Shown here: positions 29,666-39,712 of the stretch, piece by piece
How the letters are laid out: each line of letters starts with the position of its first letter
How positions within the stretch are numbered: the first letter of the stretch is position 1
Origin: Candidatus Latescibacterota bacterium
GTDB taxonomy: Bacteria; Latescibacterota; UBA2968; GCA-2709665
NCBI GenBank assembly: GCA_965203805.1
Contig: OZ241917.1
Coordinates: forward strand, 4,352,001 to 4,416,000
Reading direction: 5' to 3'
Length of the DNA: 64,000 nucleotides
Position numbers and translations under genes: made by a program
Notes under the pieces: model-generated
The model's database searches: none
Told to the model about the DNA's origin: nothing
Seen by the model: the letters and a program-made list of their open reading frames with translations, nothing else

Positions 29666-30388
29666 GTGGTGAAACCCGTTGAGACCAGCATGGACGCGCT
29701 CAGGAACTCCCGGTATCCGGGACGCGGCATCGTCATCGGGCAGACGCCCGACGCGCGGTACTTCGTCCAGGTCTACTGGATCATGGGGCGCAGCGCGGGG
29801 AGCCGGAACCGCGTCTTCGTTGCCGACGGCGATACGGTCAGGACCCGGGCCCTTGACGAATCCGCGCTCGAGAATCCCGACTTGGTCGTGTACCGTCCCG
29901 TCAGAGTGCTGAATGGATGCCACATCATCTCGAACGGCGACCATACGGACACCATCTTTGACGCGATTCAAGGCAGCGGCAACTTCGAATCCGCGCTGAA
30001 TACCCGGACCTTCGAGCCGGATCCGCCCATCCTCACACCCCGGATCGCCGGTCTGGTGGACCTGGAGGACCGGTGCGTTGCCTATAAGCTCGCGATGCTC
30101 AAATCCGTCGGCGGAAACGGCGATACCACCGCCAGACACTACTTCAATTACGAGACGGGGATCCCGGGTATCGGCCACTGCGTAACGACTTACAGGGACG
30201 ACGGAGACCCGCCGCCCGCGTTTGCAGGCGAACCGTATGCCGTTGACCTGCACGACAGGATCGAAACGACCCGCGACCATTACTGGGATGCCCTGAACCG
30301 GGAAAACAGGGTCTCCCTGCTCGTCAAGTTCATCCATGCCGCGTCGGGAAAAACCGACCTCAGCATCGTCAATAAGCACCAGGAATAG
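29666..30388 (+). CDS. IMP cyclohydrolase-like protein (PurO-like)
   Basis: YPGRGIVIG, YWIMGRSAGSRNRVF, SNGDHTD, FEPDPP, TPRI. Confidence 0.85.
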   Translation: MVKPVETSMDALRNSRYPGRGIVIGQTPDARYFVQVYWIMGRSAGSRNRVFVADGDTVRTRALDESALENPDLVVYRPVRVLNGCHIISNGDHTDTIFDAIQGSGNFESALNTRTFEPDPPILTPRIAGLVDLEDRCVAYKLAMLKSVGGNGDTTARHYFNYETGIPGIGHCVTTYRDDGDPPPAFAGEPYAVDLHDRIETTRDHYWDALNRENRVSLLVKFIHAASGKTDLSIVNKHQE

Positions 30389-30390
30389 AG

Positions 30391-31107
30391 ATGGTGGCGA
30401 CCCTAAAACATTTCTGGCCCGCGATCGTCTGCGCCGTCGTCGCGCTGGCGTTCTGGGACACGCCCTACGTCAAACCCTTCAGGGTCTTTATGGTCCAGAT
30501 ACACGAAATGTGCCACGCGGCCGCCACGCTCGGTACCGGGGGCGAGGTTCTTGAAGTCCGCGTCAACTGGGACGAATCCGGCCACGCGAAGAGCCGGGGC
30601 GGCATCTTTCCGATCATCGCGTCGGCCGGTTACGTCGGATCCGCATTTCTGGGCGCCATTTTCATCTACGTCAGTCTGTGGCCCCTGTTGCAACGGATTC
30701 TGCTTGCCGGGATCGGCTGCCTCTCCATCGGTGTGGCGGTGCTCTACACGCCATTGGGCAGTGCCGATTTTTCGTTCGGAATCATAAGTGGTTTCATTCT
30801 TCTGGTCCCGGCCGTCCTGCTGCCCCGAGTCGCGCGCTGGGTGGCCACGTGGATGGGCGTGATGCTCTGTCTCTACAGCCTCTACGACTTCCGCACCGAT
30901 CTCTGGCTGTATACCGAACGCACCGATGCCGGCATCCTCGCCCGGCATTGGGGCGCGCCGCTTCTGGCCTATCCGATCGCCCTTGTCTGGGCGCTGATCT
31001 CCGTATATGCGATGTATCGGTCCATGAAGTCGGTCGCACGCAGGGGCCGGAACCTGGACACGCGTGACGCCTCTAATGATGACGCAGTTTTCCCTGGCGG
31101 GGCGTGA
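30391..31107 (+). CDS. M50B-family membrane metallopeptidase
   Basis: HEMCH (HExxH), AGY, TDA; several TM segments. Confidence 0.85.
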   Translation: MVATLKHFWPAIVCAVVALAFWDTPYVKPFRVFMVQIHEMCHAAATLGTGGEVLEVRVNWDESGHAKSRGGIFPIIASAGYVGSAFLGAIFIYVSLWPLLQRILLAGIGCLSIGVAVLYTPLGSADFSFGIISGFILLVPAVLLPRVARWVATWMGVMLCLYSLYDFRTDLWLYTERTDAGILARHWGAPLLAYPIALVWALISVYAMYRSMKSVARRGRNLDTRDASNDDAVFPGGA

Positions 31108-31152
31108 GCCGAGGTTTTCCGGGTCCGTGCCGCTTCAAAGCAATTTCTGGGG

Positions 31153-31923
31153 TTGTCCTCTATGCATACGAGCCAGGTCCTGTCCGCTTCGGATTTCGAA
31201 TATTGGCAACGCGGCGCGAACGGTTCCGCTCGCGTACCCTTTTCGGCCTTCTGTCCCGACTACGAGGCGTCCGACCGCGCGGGCTTCGTCTCTCCCCGCC
31301 TGGAAGACGGCATCCTGCACGCCTCGCATGCGATTCTGGCCCTCACCACGGCGTTTTACGATGCCTGGCGCGCCAGGGCCAATGATTTCTTCATCTATCC
31401 CCAGCACTTCGCCATTCTCGACATTTCGTCGGAAGGGGTCAATTCCGGAAGCGGACGCCTGCGCCTGGACAGGGACCGCCTGGGGTGGCCGTGGGGCAAC
31501 CTGGACGTGTGGCCCGACTCGCAATGGATTCCGTCCGACGGCAGCGTTTCCGGCGCGCTGAAGAACGCGTTCGATCTCCATATCAACCGGCTCTTCTGGC
31601 CCGAGTCATTCGTCCCCGGCGCCCGCGAGAACCGGCTGCCCGGGTATGCGCTCAAGATCATGAGGACCCGCCTGAAGGCGGTGTACTTCTACAGGTCCGA
31701 AGCGCCCGATATCGAGATTCGCGCCGGATCGAACGCGTATGAGGTCGCGGCGCAAAGCGTATGGAGGTTGTCCCAACTCGAAGGGCTGTCGACGGAGCAT
31801 CTGGCGGTCACGGGCGAAGGGGAAGATTCGGGCACAGGCCACTGTTACGTCGAACGATTTCGCACGGTCGACCCCGGACAATTCTTGGAAGCCATGGGCG
31901 CTTGCTTCGAGAACGGCGGGTAA
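31153..31923 (+). CDS. Hypothetical protein
   Basis: 256-aa co-oriented ORF with protein-like composition. Confidence 0.6.
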   Translation: MSSMHTSQVLSASDFEYWQRGANGSARVPFSAFCPDYEASDRAGFVSPRLEDGILHASHAILALTTAFYDAWRARANDFFIYPQHFAILDISSEGVNSGSGRLRLDRDRLGWPWGNLDVWPDSQWIPSDGSVSGALKNAFDLHINRLFWPESFVPGARENRLPGYALKIMRTRLKAVYFYRSEAPDIEIRAGSNAYEVAAQSVWRLSQLEGLSTEHLAVTGEGEDSGTGHCYVERFRTVDPGQFLEAMGACFENGG

Positions 31924-32012
31924 CGGCCGGTCCGATCGAGGAGCAGCCTCAACTACTCCTCCGCTTTCTCAGCATCTCGACGAAAACGACGATTCGACGC
32001 TCAAGGTGTCCC

Positions 32013-33356
32013 GTGTCCAGCGCTGATACCCCATTCAAATGGCCGGGCCGCGCCGATCCCGGACGTCCCGTTCGAGTCGGGCTCATCGGCGCCGGAAAAT
32101 TCGGCACGATGTTTCTGGCGCAGGCCCGCCGGATTTCCGGTCTGCACGTTCTGGGCGTGGCCGATCTGTCTGTCGATCGGGCACGGAAGGCGCTTTCCCG
32201 CGCGGAGTGGCCGCCGGAACAAGCCGCCGCAACGGACTTCGACAATGCCCTGACCACAGGAGCCACGCACCTCACCGGCGACGGCGATTCTCTTGTCTGC
32301 GCCAATGGCCTGGATGTTCTGGTCGAAGCCACGGGAAATCCGCTGGCCGGAATCCACTACGCACTGAAGGCCATTGACGAAGGCCGCCATCTGGTGATGG
32401 TGAACGTCGAAGCCGACGTCCTCGCGGGGCCCGTCCTGGCGCGTCGGGCGGCGTCCGCCGGTCTCGTCTACTCGCTCGCTTACGGAGACCAGCCCGCCCT
32501 GATCTGCGAACTCGTTGACTGGGCGAGGACCAACGGTTTTGACGTTGTCTGCGCCGGCAAGGGTACGAAACACCGGCCCGTGTACCACGAATCGACCCCC
32601 GATACGGTCTGGGACCACTACGGAATCGACGCGGAAACGGCGGCGCGAGCCGGGATGAATCCGCGGATGTTCAATTCGTTCCTGGACGGTACGAAATCGG
32701 CCGTCGAAATGGCCGCCGTCGCGAATGCCACGCGCCTCGAGCCGCAGCCGGAGGGATTGAACTTCCCGCCCTGCGGCATCGACCGGTTGCCGGACGTCTG
32801 CCGGCCCCGGAGCGCGGGCGGTCGTCTTTCCCATAAGGGAACGGTGGAGGTCGTCTCCTGCGTGCAGCCCGACGGCACACCCGTCGATCAGCACCTGCGA
32901 TGGGGGGTCTACGTCACGATCGAGGGGTCGGGAGACTACATCCGGCGGTGCTTTACGGAATACGGGCTGCCCACCGACGACTCCGGCCGGTACACCGCCG
33001 TCTACCGCCCCTATCACCTGGTGGGCATGGAACTCGCGACCAGCGTGATGCGGGCCGGACTGAGCGGCGAGGCCACCGGCTGTCCCCGCGCGTTTGTCGC
33101 GGACGTCGCCGCCACCGCCAAGCGGGACCTTGCCGCCGGGGAGACCCTGGACGGCGAAGGCGGGTACCGCGTTTATGGCAGACTCATGCCGGCGGCCGCC
33201 GCCGTCGGGAACGGCGTCCTTCCTATCGGGCTGGCGCACGCGCTCAAACTGAAACGCGGAATCAAAGCCGGCCGGCCGATCCTTCGCGCCGACGTGGACC
33301 TCAACGAAGACAGCGAGGTTCTCCGCCTTCGCAGGGAAATGGAAGGACGGTTGTAG
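32013..33356 (+). CDS. Homoserine-dehydrogenase-like NAD(P) oxidoreductase with C-terminal SAF domain
   Basis: GLIGAGKFG, VNVEAD, GDQP, AGKGTK, DGTKS, AKRDL...LDGEGG; start estimated at GTG 32013. Confidence 0.88.
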   Translation: MSSADTPFKWPGRADPGRPVRVGLIGAGKFGTMFLAQARRISGLHVLGVADLSVDRARKALSRAEWPPEQAAATDFDNALTTGATHLTGDGDSLVCANGLDVLVEATGNPLAGIHYALKAIDEGRHLVMVNVEADVLAGPVLARRAASAGLVYSLAYGDQPALICELVDWARTNGFDVVCAGKGTKHRPVYHESTPDTVWDHYGIDAETAARAGMNPRMFNSFLDGTKSAVEMAAVANATRLEPQPEGLNFPPCGIDRLPDVCRPRSAGGRLSHKGTVEVVSCVQPDGTPVDQHLRWGVYVTIEGSGDYIRRCFTEYGLPTDDSGRYTAVYRPYHLVGMELATSVMRAGLSGEATGCPRAFVADVAATAKRDLAAGETLDGEGGYRVYGRLMPAAAAVGNGVLPIGLAHALKLKRGIKAGRPILRADVDLNEDSEVLRLRREMEGRL

Positions 33357-33425
33357 GACGTGGAAGCGCGAGACCGTCTCCCGTCTTCCCTCTCCCGCAT
33401 CTGAAAATCTGCCGACGAGGAAATA

Positions 33426-35291
33426 ATGCCAATGAACGTTACACAGGATCTGGGCAACGGGTTCCGCCACCACGGCGTCGCGACGGACATCGCCAACAGC
33501 CGGGGGCTGGTCGCCACGGTGGACGGACAGGGCCGGAACGTGGTCCTGTTGTGGTTGTACGACCATCGCGGCTGCTACGCCCTGCTGCTGATCGACGCGG
33601 AGACCGGTGCCAGCGAACAGTACCCCCTCCCATTTCCGCCGGGCGATGACTTCAACGCCTGTCCTTTTTCGTCAGTACTCTCCAGCGGCAACCTCTTCTG
33701 CTCCCATTTCCACAGCCGTTTCCTGGCCTTCGATCCCGCCGCGCGGGCGTTTACGTTCTGGCATGAGACCGTACCGCAGATGGCCATGGGGATGACCGAA
33801 GACGACGATGGCCGCATCTGGGCGGCCACCCATCCGGACAGCGGCGTTCTGTCTTATGACCCCCAAACCCGCGCATTCAGGGACTACGGTCACGTCTACA
33901 AGCAGAACTGGCGGCAATATCCGCGTTCGGTCGCCGCCGACGCCGCCGGTTGGGTGTACTTCGGCATCGGCAGTACCGCCAGTCAGATCGTCAGCCTGGA
34001 TCCGGATTCCGGCGCCGCGGAGCCTATCCTCTCCGAAGGCGAACGCGTCCAGGGCAGCGGCCACGTTTACCGCGACCTGAACGGCAAGGTTTACGGACAT
34101 GCCGGGGACGGTTCCAACAACTGGTTTGAACTCTACCGGGGGGCGCGAACTCCCGTCGGGGCGCTCGAAGATCAGAACGAGAAACCGATCGTCACGGGTA
34201 GCCAGGGACTCTTCCACCGGGATTTCCCGGATGGCAAACGCATCCTGTCGTGCAATCTGGAAACGCGCACGCTATCGGTTGAAGACCCCGATTCCGGAGA
34301 AATCCGGGACGTCGGCTTCGAGTACACGACCGAAGGCGCCCACGTGATGGGGCTGGCTGCGGCGCCCGACGGGACCGTCAGCGGGGGCACGACCTTTCCG
34401 GCGCGATTCTTCAGCTACGATCCCGCAACCGACACGTGGACCAACCGCCCCAACCTCGGCCAGTGGAACACAGTCGCCCGTCAGGCGGATCGGTTTTTTG
34501 CGGGCGCCTACACCGGCGGACTCCTGCTGGAATGGGACCCCGCCGAACCCTGGGTACCTACCGAAAAGGACAACCCCGGATCCAATCCCCGGTTCCTGAC
34601 CGAATGCAAACCCGCCATCAACCGCCCGCATACGCTGCTCGCACATCCGGACGGGAAGACCGTCATTCTGGCGGGCACCCCCAACTACGGACATACGGGC
34701 GGCGGGATGATGTTCTGGGACCGGGAGACCGGATCGGGCGTTCTGCTGGAACACACGGAGATTCTCCCCGATCACAGCACGATGAGCCTGGTCGCCCTTC
34801 CTGACGGCAACCTTCTGGGCGGCTCCACGACTGATCCCGGGACCGGGGGCGAGCGAAAGGCGGAAGAAGCCGAACTCTACGTGATGGATATAGAAACGAG
34901 GCGGGTCCTGTGGCGCGAGGTCGTCTTCCCAGGCGTGCAGTCGTACACGGATCTTTGCCCGGGACCGGGCGGAGTTGTCTACGGGATTGCGGACCGGGAA
35001 TGCTTCTTTGTGTTCGATCCCGATTCCAGAAAGGTCCTGCGCAGCGAAATCACCGCGGACCGTTACGGGCTGACGGCCAGACAGCAGGGCCCGCGGGTTT
35101 TCGTCACGACGTCGGCGGGCAACGTCTACATGCTTTTTATCAAGGGAATCGTAAGGGTAGACCCGTCCGACCATAGCCTCGCCTTGCTGGCCGAGTCTCC
35201 CGTGCCCATCGGCTTCGGCGGGGACTGGCTGGACGGACGCATCTACTTCGGAAGCGGGTCACACGTCTACAGCTTCGGAGAATGCGAGTAA
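33426..35291 (+). CDS. Beta-propeller repeat hypothetical protein
   Basis: Repeated D/G-rich blades (DGRIWAAT, DGTVSGGT, DGNLLGGS, FSYDPAT). Confidence 0.7.
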   Translation: MPMNVTQDLGNGFRHHGVATDIANSRGLVATVDGQGRNVVLLWLYDHRGCYALLLIDAETGASEQYPLPFPPGDDFNACPFSSVLSSGNLFCSHFHSRFLAFDPAARAFTFWHETVPQMAMGMTEDDDGRIWAATHPDSGVLSYDPQTRAFRDYGHVYKQNWRQYPRSVAADAAGWVYFGIGSTASQIVSLDPDSGAAEPILSEGERVQGSGHVYRDLNGKVYGHAGDGSNNWFELYRGARTPVGALEDQNEKPIVTGSQGLFHRDFPDGKRILSCNLETRTLSVEDPDSGEIRDVGFEYTTEGAHVMGLAAAPDGTVSGGTTFPARFFSYDPATDTWTNRPNLGQWNTVARQADRFFAGAYTGGLLLEWDPAEPWVPTEKDNPGSNPRFLTECKPAINRPHTLLAHPDGKTVILAGTPNYGHTGGGMMFWDRETGSGVLLEHTEILPDHSTMSLVALPDGNLLGGSTTDPGTGGERKAEEAELYVMDIETRRVLWREVVFPGVQSYTDLCPGPGGVVYGIADRECFFVFDPDSRKVLRSEITADRYGLTARQQGPRVFVTTSAGNVYMLFIKGIVRVDPSDHSLALLAESPVPIGFGGDWLDGRIYFGSGSHVYSFGECE

Positions 35292-35863
35292 GGAAGGGAG
35301 CGCTGGCGAGGATAAGAGGACGTTAAATTCCCGCCCTCTCTCATTCAAAATACGAAATAAACATGGATGGACAGGATAGGCAGGATAAAAGGCCAGGAGC
35401 ACGAGAAAGTTCCCTTTGCCGGCAGACAGAGATGTATCCGTGCTCGATAGACTGAACGACATTACTCCCGTTCGGTGAACGTCGTACCGCCGTCGTGAAA
35501 CCTGTAAAGCCAGTCCGGTTTCTACTTCCTCCTCGCGGAGAGACACCGGCGGCCCTCGTCCCACCTGCACGATTCAATTCCAGATCTTGCCGTTTAGCGT
35601 ATCTTGCCAAGATATCTGTCCTTTACCGAAATCTTCTCCCTGACATTCTGTTCAGTCTACTACCGCGATTCGTCGTCCTGTTACTGTATGTGTGAGCAAC
35701 AGGGCAGCGCCGGCAAGGTTTTTGCATATGATGAAAGTGTGCCAGTTTCGACAGGACGGTTTTTCCATATAGGCGGGCTGGCGACGTACCCATTGACGTG
35801 GAATGAACCGTCCCACTTGACACAGGGAATGTACACGGATAACTTTCCTACAGCACGAATCAG

Positions 35864-36241
35864 GTGCTTTTTGGGTCAGAGCGGAGGCGGCGCGTGACGC
35901 GCGAATCGATATGGAGCGTGTCGGATCGTGCTCTGTTCAGCTTCATAGCACTAACACATTTCTTCTTTCAGATTTTCAGACTTTCCTTCTCGAAGTCAGT
36001 AAAAATACAAGACATTACAGACATTGGGATTTTTTCAGTTGTCGTTTCTTTCTTTACCATGGAGGCACTTGACATGGTGGGTGCGTTAACGGAAACGGTC
36101 CGAAAATGGCAATTTAAAAGGGGGCGTAAGAGAGGCCGACAGGAAGCCGAAGAGAAATACATCCGATGGATAAGAGAAGAAGAATCGAAGGGAACGGTTT
36201 TCAAGAGTCCTCCTCCTTCGGAGAACTCGAATCGGGAATGA
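35864..36241 (+). CDS. Small hypothetical membrane protein
   Basis: Two hydrophobic segments followed by a charged GRKRGRQE tail; hairpin downstream; start uncertain. Confidence 0.5.
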   Translation: MLFGSERRRRVTRESIWSVSDRALFSFIALTHFFFQIFRLSFSKSVKIQDITDIGIFSVVVSFFTMEALDMVGALTETVRKWQFKRGRKRGRQEAEEKYIRWIREEESKGTVFKSPPPSENSNRE

Positions 36242-36291
36242 CGCACGGAATACGGAAAAAACGCTCAGGACACGAAATCTATCGTGCCTGC

Positions 36292-36334
36292 GATGGTCTC
36301 ATTGGCACGATCCAATGAGACCATCTTCGTTTTG
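36292..36334 (+). terminator. Probable intrinsic terminator
   Basis: Perfect 14-bp stem GATGGTCTCATTGG/CCAATGAGACCATC, 6-nt loop, then TTCGTTTTG. Confidence 0.7.
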
Positions 36335-36608
36335 ACCTCGCGCGGACAGTCTGGTGACAACGAAAGCAGTATGGTCATTGCGAAAACTGCGCGTGAAGCT
36401 TCTTTTCAATCAGGTGAAATATCTGTTCATCGCCTTGACCCGGAACTGTAAGCATTTGTCCCGATCCTGCCTCTTTCCTGCATCAGGTTTTGCTCCTGCT
36501 CCTGGTTTCTAATCCTGCTTAATCTTGCTAAATCCTGTTCATCCTTGTCGGTCTTTATCCCGTTCATCCCGTCCATCCATGTGAGTCTTGGCGTATGAGC
36601 TTTCCGGC

Positions 36609-37247
36609 CTAGAACCTGAATTCCCGGTCCTGGACTCTGAATCCCAAGAGCGACGCGCGTCCATTCGGGTCGACCCGGACGAGCGCTGCGAATTCGTCAG
36701 GGTGTTTCCTGATGTCTTCGACGATCTGCCTGCGCAATCTCTCCGGCACGTGATAGTATCCGATCCCGAAGTTCACGTATTTCTCCCTGAACGATCCCCT
36801 TGCGACGGTCCGATCCGTCTCCCCGTATCCGAGGGGTTCGTCCTCCTTCCCGGTCACCACCGAATCCGCGATCCATTCTCCGGAGCTGTCCCGGCGCAGG
36901 GGAACGTGAATGGGCACCCATCGATACGCGGTCTTGCCGCGGATCACGACGTCTCCCGCCGGGACCGCTGACGGCATCTCCAATTCCGTACGTTCAACGG
37001 CCCAGGTGGAATCCACCTGCAACCGCAACGTGACGTAGACCGTCTCCCCGCGTTTGCGATGCGCGTCGGCACGTGCGAACTCATACTCGATGCGGATGCC
37101 GGCGCCGCGCATCACATGTTGAAGATTCGTGGCCTTCGCCGGGAGCCGGATTTCCCTTCCCGATTCTCCTCGATTGAGGGGCAGCGCGGCCAGGATGCCG
37201 ATCTGCGCGAGCAGCGCGACGCCGAACCAGGCGGACCTCTTAACCAT
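36609..37247 (-). CDS. GDYXXLXY-domain-like membrane-anchored protein
   Basis: N-terminal TM helix, GETVYVTL, VNFGIGYYHVPE; coupled to a DUF2157 gene, the usual pairing. Confidence 0.7.
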   Translation of the reverse strand: MVKRSAWFGVALLAQIGILAALPLNRGESGREIRLPAKATNLQHVMRGAGIRIEYEFARADAHRKRGETVYVTLRLQVDSTWAVERTELEMPSAVPAGDVVIRGKTAYRWVPIHVPLRRDSSGEWIADSVVTGKEDEPLGYGETDRTVARGSFREKYVNFGIGYYHVPERLRRQIVEDIRKHPDEFAALVRVDPNGRASLLGFRVQDREFRF

Positions 37248-38574
37248 TGTGCGCCTCTCCCTGTTTGAGATGCCTCTCAAATCGGATTCCACCGAGAATT
37301 ACGCCGACGCCGCAGGCGATGAACACGAACGACTTGAGGAACAGATTCGTGTCCCACTCTATGAAGGTGTGGACGATAACCCAAGCCAAAATCAACAGCC
37401 CCGCCCAGTAGGACGTCCTGCGGTGGATCCGGACCGCCGTATAGAGCAGGCTCACCGCGATGGCGCCGGCGGCAACCTTTGCAGCCACGGGCAACCCGAG
37501 AGGCTGCATCGCCAGTGTACCGGCGATGAGGACGATGCCGGCAGCCAGCGTCGCGATCGAGCGGTGTCTCAAGGGAATCGTTTCGGGCGGCGTTCTGATC
37601 ACGGAGGTCCAGACGGCGATTGCGGCCAGGCCGGTCAGCCCGAGAGGTACTGCCCACAGCCATCCTTCCGACCGCCAAACGTGTTTCGAGAATTCACGCG
37701 CGACCTCCTCGAACGACATCATATAGGCAAGCAGCAGAATCACCGTCATCCCAACCGTCCTGGCAATGGTCCCCATCAGGCGCGCGGATTCGATCCTGTC
37801 CAGCCGGAGGCCCAGGCCATATAGGAACGTCGCGGTCGCGGCTACGGCGAGGAGCGGCGGCCATTGCTCGCCGCTGTCGAGCGCCGCGCAAACCGCAAGC
37901 GCGGCCCCCGCCGCCAGGACGCCGCCCCCGAAGGCCGCGGCGCTGCGACGCATAAGAAACGGGACACAGGCGGCGACGATCGCGAAGGGATACCAGCAAA
38001 GCATGTGCGGATTGTTCGCCGTGTACCCGCAGAACCAGGCGAAGCTCGCCACACACGTCACCAGGATGCAGGGCCCGCTCATCGTCGCGAATGCGATAAC
38101 CGCCGAACCGAGCGCCCAGATGCCGAAGGCGCCGTACGGTTCTCCGGTCAGGTGAAACATCTGCGCGATCAGGAATACGTTCGCGCCGAAGACCAGCGCG
38201 CCCAGCACGATCAGCGCCTCTCCGAGTCTTTTTCGGCTTCCCGACAACTTCCACAGGTAGAAGCCGGCAATCTCGCAGGCGAGCAGGGTTCCGACAAGAA
38301 GCGCCATTCTCCCCGGCACAGGGATCTCGTCCCACCTTGAAGCCACGAAGCTGATGGCGCCGCCGCCGATCAATACCGCACCGATCAGATAGAGCGCCTG
38401 CACGAGCAGGCCGCCCGATCTCCCGGCAACGTCGTCGAGACCGTAACGTTTGGATATCGCGGCGCACTGATCCTTATCGACAACCCCTTCGTCCACCCAA
38501 TCGTCCAGCTCCCGTCGAAGCGTCGACCGGAAGGCCGGGGACACCCTGCGGCCGCTGGAATCGCTTTCGCTCAT
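37240..38574 (-). CDS. DUF2157 membrane protein
   Basis: ELDDWVDEGVV, IGAVLIGGGAISFVASRW, LIAQMFHL; many TM helices. Confidence 0.85.
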   Translation of the reverse strand: MSESDSSGRRVSPAFRSTLRRELDDWVDEGVVDKDQCAAISKRYGLDDVAGRSGGLLVQALYLIGAVLIGGGAISFVASRWDEIPVPGRMALLVGTLLACEIAGFYLWKLSGSRKRLGEALIVLGALVFGANVFLIAQMFHLTGEPYGAFGIWALGSAVIAFATMSGPCILVTCVASFAWFCGYTANNPHMLCWYPFAIVAACVPFLMRRSAAAFGGGVLAAGAALAVCAALDSGEQWPPLLAVAATATFLYGLGLRLDRIESARLMGTIARTVGMTVILLLAYMMSFEEVAREFSKHVWRSEGWLWAVPLGLTGLAAIAVWTSVIRTPPETIPLRHRSIATLAAGIVLIAGTLAMQPLGLPVAAKVAAGAIAVSLLYTAVRIHRRTSYWAGLLILAWVIVHTFIEWDTNLFLKSFVFIACGVGVILGGIRFERHLKQGEAHNG

Positions 38575-38760
38575 TGCCTGATGATCCTTTCCGCTTTTCG
38601 TCCGGAATCCGGATATCGGATATTCTATCGCATCCTGCCTCAGGTGATCCCGAATTGATACGACCTGACGAAAAAACAAAACGGCGGTGTTGAGTCAAAC
38701 CGCCGAAATGGTGTACTACGTTCTTTTCTTCTCGTGCTACAGAACACAGATACATTCCGC

Positions 38761-39021
38761 TCAGGCTGTAACCTTCACGATATCATACAGGAATTCAGGC
38801 GCAAAATCCGCTTCATTCTCCCACGTTATCGTATGCAAGTCAGGGTGAATTCGGAATTTCTTGAAATACGCTTTGTTCTTCAACGGCAAGAAAACCGGGC
38901 CCCATAGTTCATCTTTCAGATCTACTTCTCCTTCCACACCGTCATTAAACCTGAGCCAGATCACATAGTCGCCTGCGTACCGGGCGTCAACTACACGGAG
39001 TATCATCTTAGTCTCCAGCAT
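38761..39021 (-). CDS. DUF2442 protein (antitoxin-like; no partner seen)
   Basis: LRFNDG, GPVFLPL, TITWENEADFAPEFLY. Confidence 0.85.
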   Translation of the reverse strand: MLETKMILRVVDARYAGDYVIWLRFNDGVEGEVDLKDELWGPVFLPLKNKAYFKKFRIHPDLHTITWENEADFAPEFLYDIVKVTA

Positions 39022-39190
39022 AGTTATATTTTACAAAAAGTTAGTTAAGACGCAACTGTATATTTCCACTATGTCGTCGAAGGGTCGGAGAAGGGCAGTG
39101 ATAGGCGAGCATTTCGACAGCGCAAGGAATTACAGGTAGAAAGTTCGCCTTCCGCGAAATGTCTCGCTCCCGTACGCTCAGACCGCCGTA

Positions 39191-39234
39191 CTGACGAAGC
39201 CGGTGTGAGGGTGGGGCAGACATTCCTGTCTGCC
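39191..39234. repeat. REP-like palindrome, empty-site copy
   Basis: Contains GGCAGACATTCCTGTCTGCC; homologous to 58353-58429 without the 35-bp insert. Confidence 0.75.
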
Positions 39235-39301
39235 TGCACTGTTGTACTTCAGTCGGAATGGGGACAGGAGAAACGTCGTCGTCCATGTCACCCGACGATG
39301 C

Positions 39302-39712
39302 TCAATGATCGTCACCGTCGTAGATCCACATGGGCTCCGTCCTGCCGGCCCGGGTGAACCCGCATTTCCTGTAGAAATCGATCGCCCGTCCATCCGCTAT
39401 CAGCACGTGCTGGTGGAAGCCTTCATAGTTCGCCATCAGCCTCCTCATCAACTCCGTTCCGATGCCCTGCCGCTGGTATTCGGGATCCACCAGCAGGTGC
39501 GGATAATATACGACAAGATGACCGTCCGAGATGGCGTTTCCCAGCCCGACGAGCCGGCGGTCATCCCAGGCCGTGACCAGGGAATGCGAGTTCATCAACG
39601 CATCGCACAGTTCCGCCGGCTTGTCCGCGGAAGACCATTCGTTGGCGGAATAGAGGCTCAGTATCGCATCAAGTGGGATATTCCGGTTGTCGCTATATGT
39701 GATCGATGCCAT
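39302..39712 (-). CDS. GNAT N-acetyltransferase
   Basis: LLVDPEYQRQGIGTELM, FYRKCGF. Confidence 0.9.
   Translation of the reverse strand: MASITYSDNRNIPLDAILSLYSANEWSSADKPAELCDALMNSHSLVTAWDDRRLVGLGNAISDGHLVVYYPHLLVDPEYQRQGIGTELMRRLMANYEGFHQHVLIADGRAIDFYRKCGFTRAGRTEPMWIYDGDDH

Noticed and set aside
20200-38700. Long antisense and alternate-frame ORFs (e.g. 21984-23195, 25112-26515, 32001-33566)
   Set aside because: They are shadows of GC-rich genes with clear motifs on the other strand, and carry no motifs of their own.
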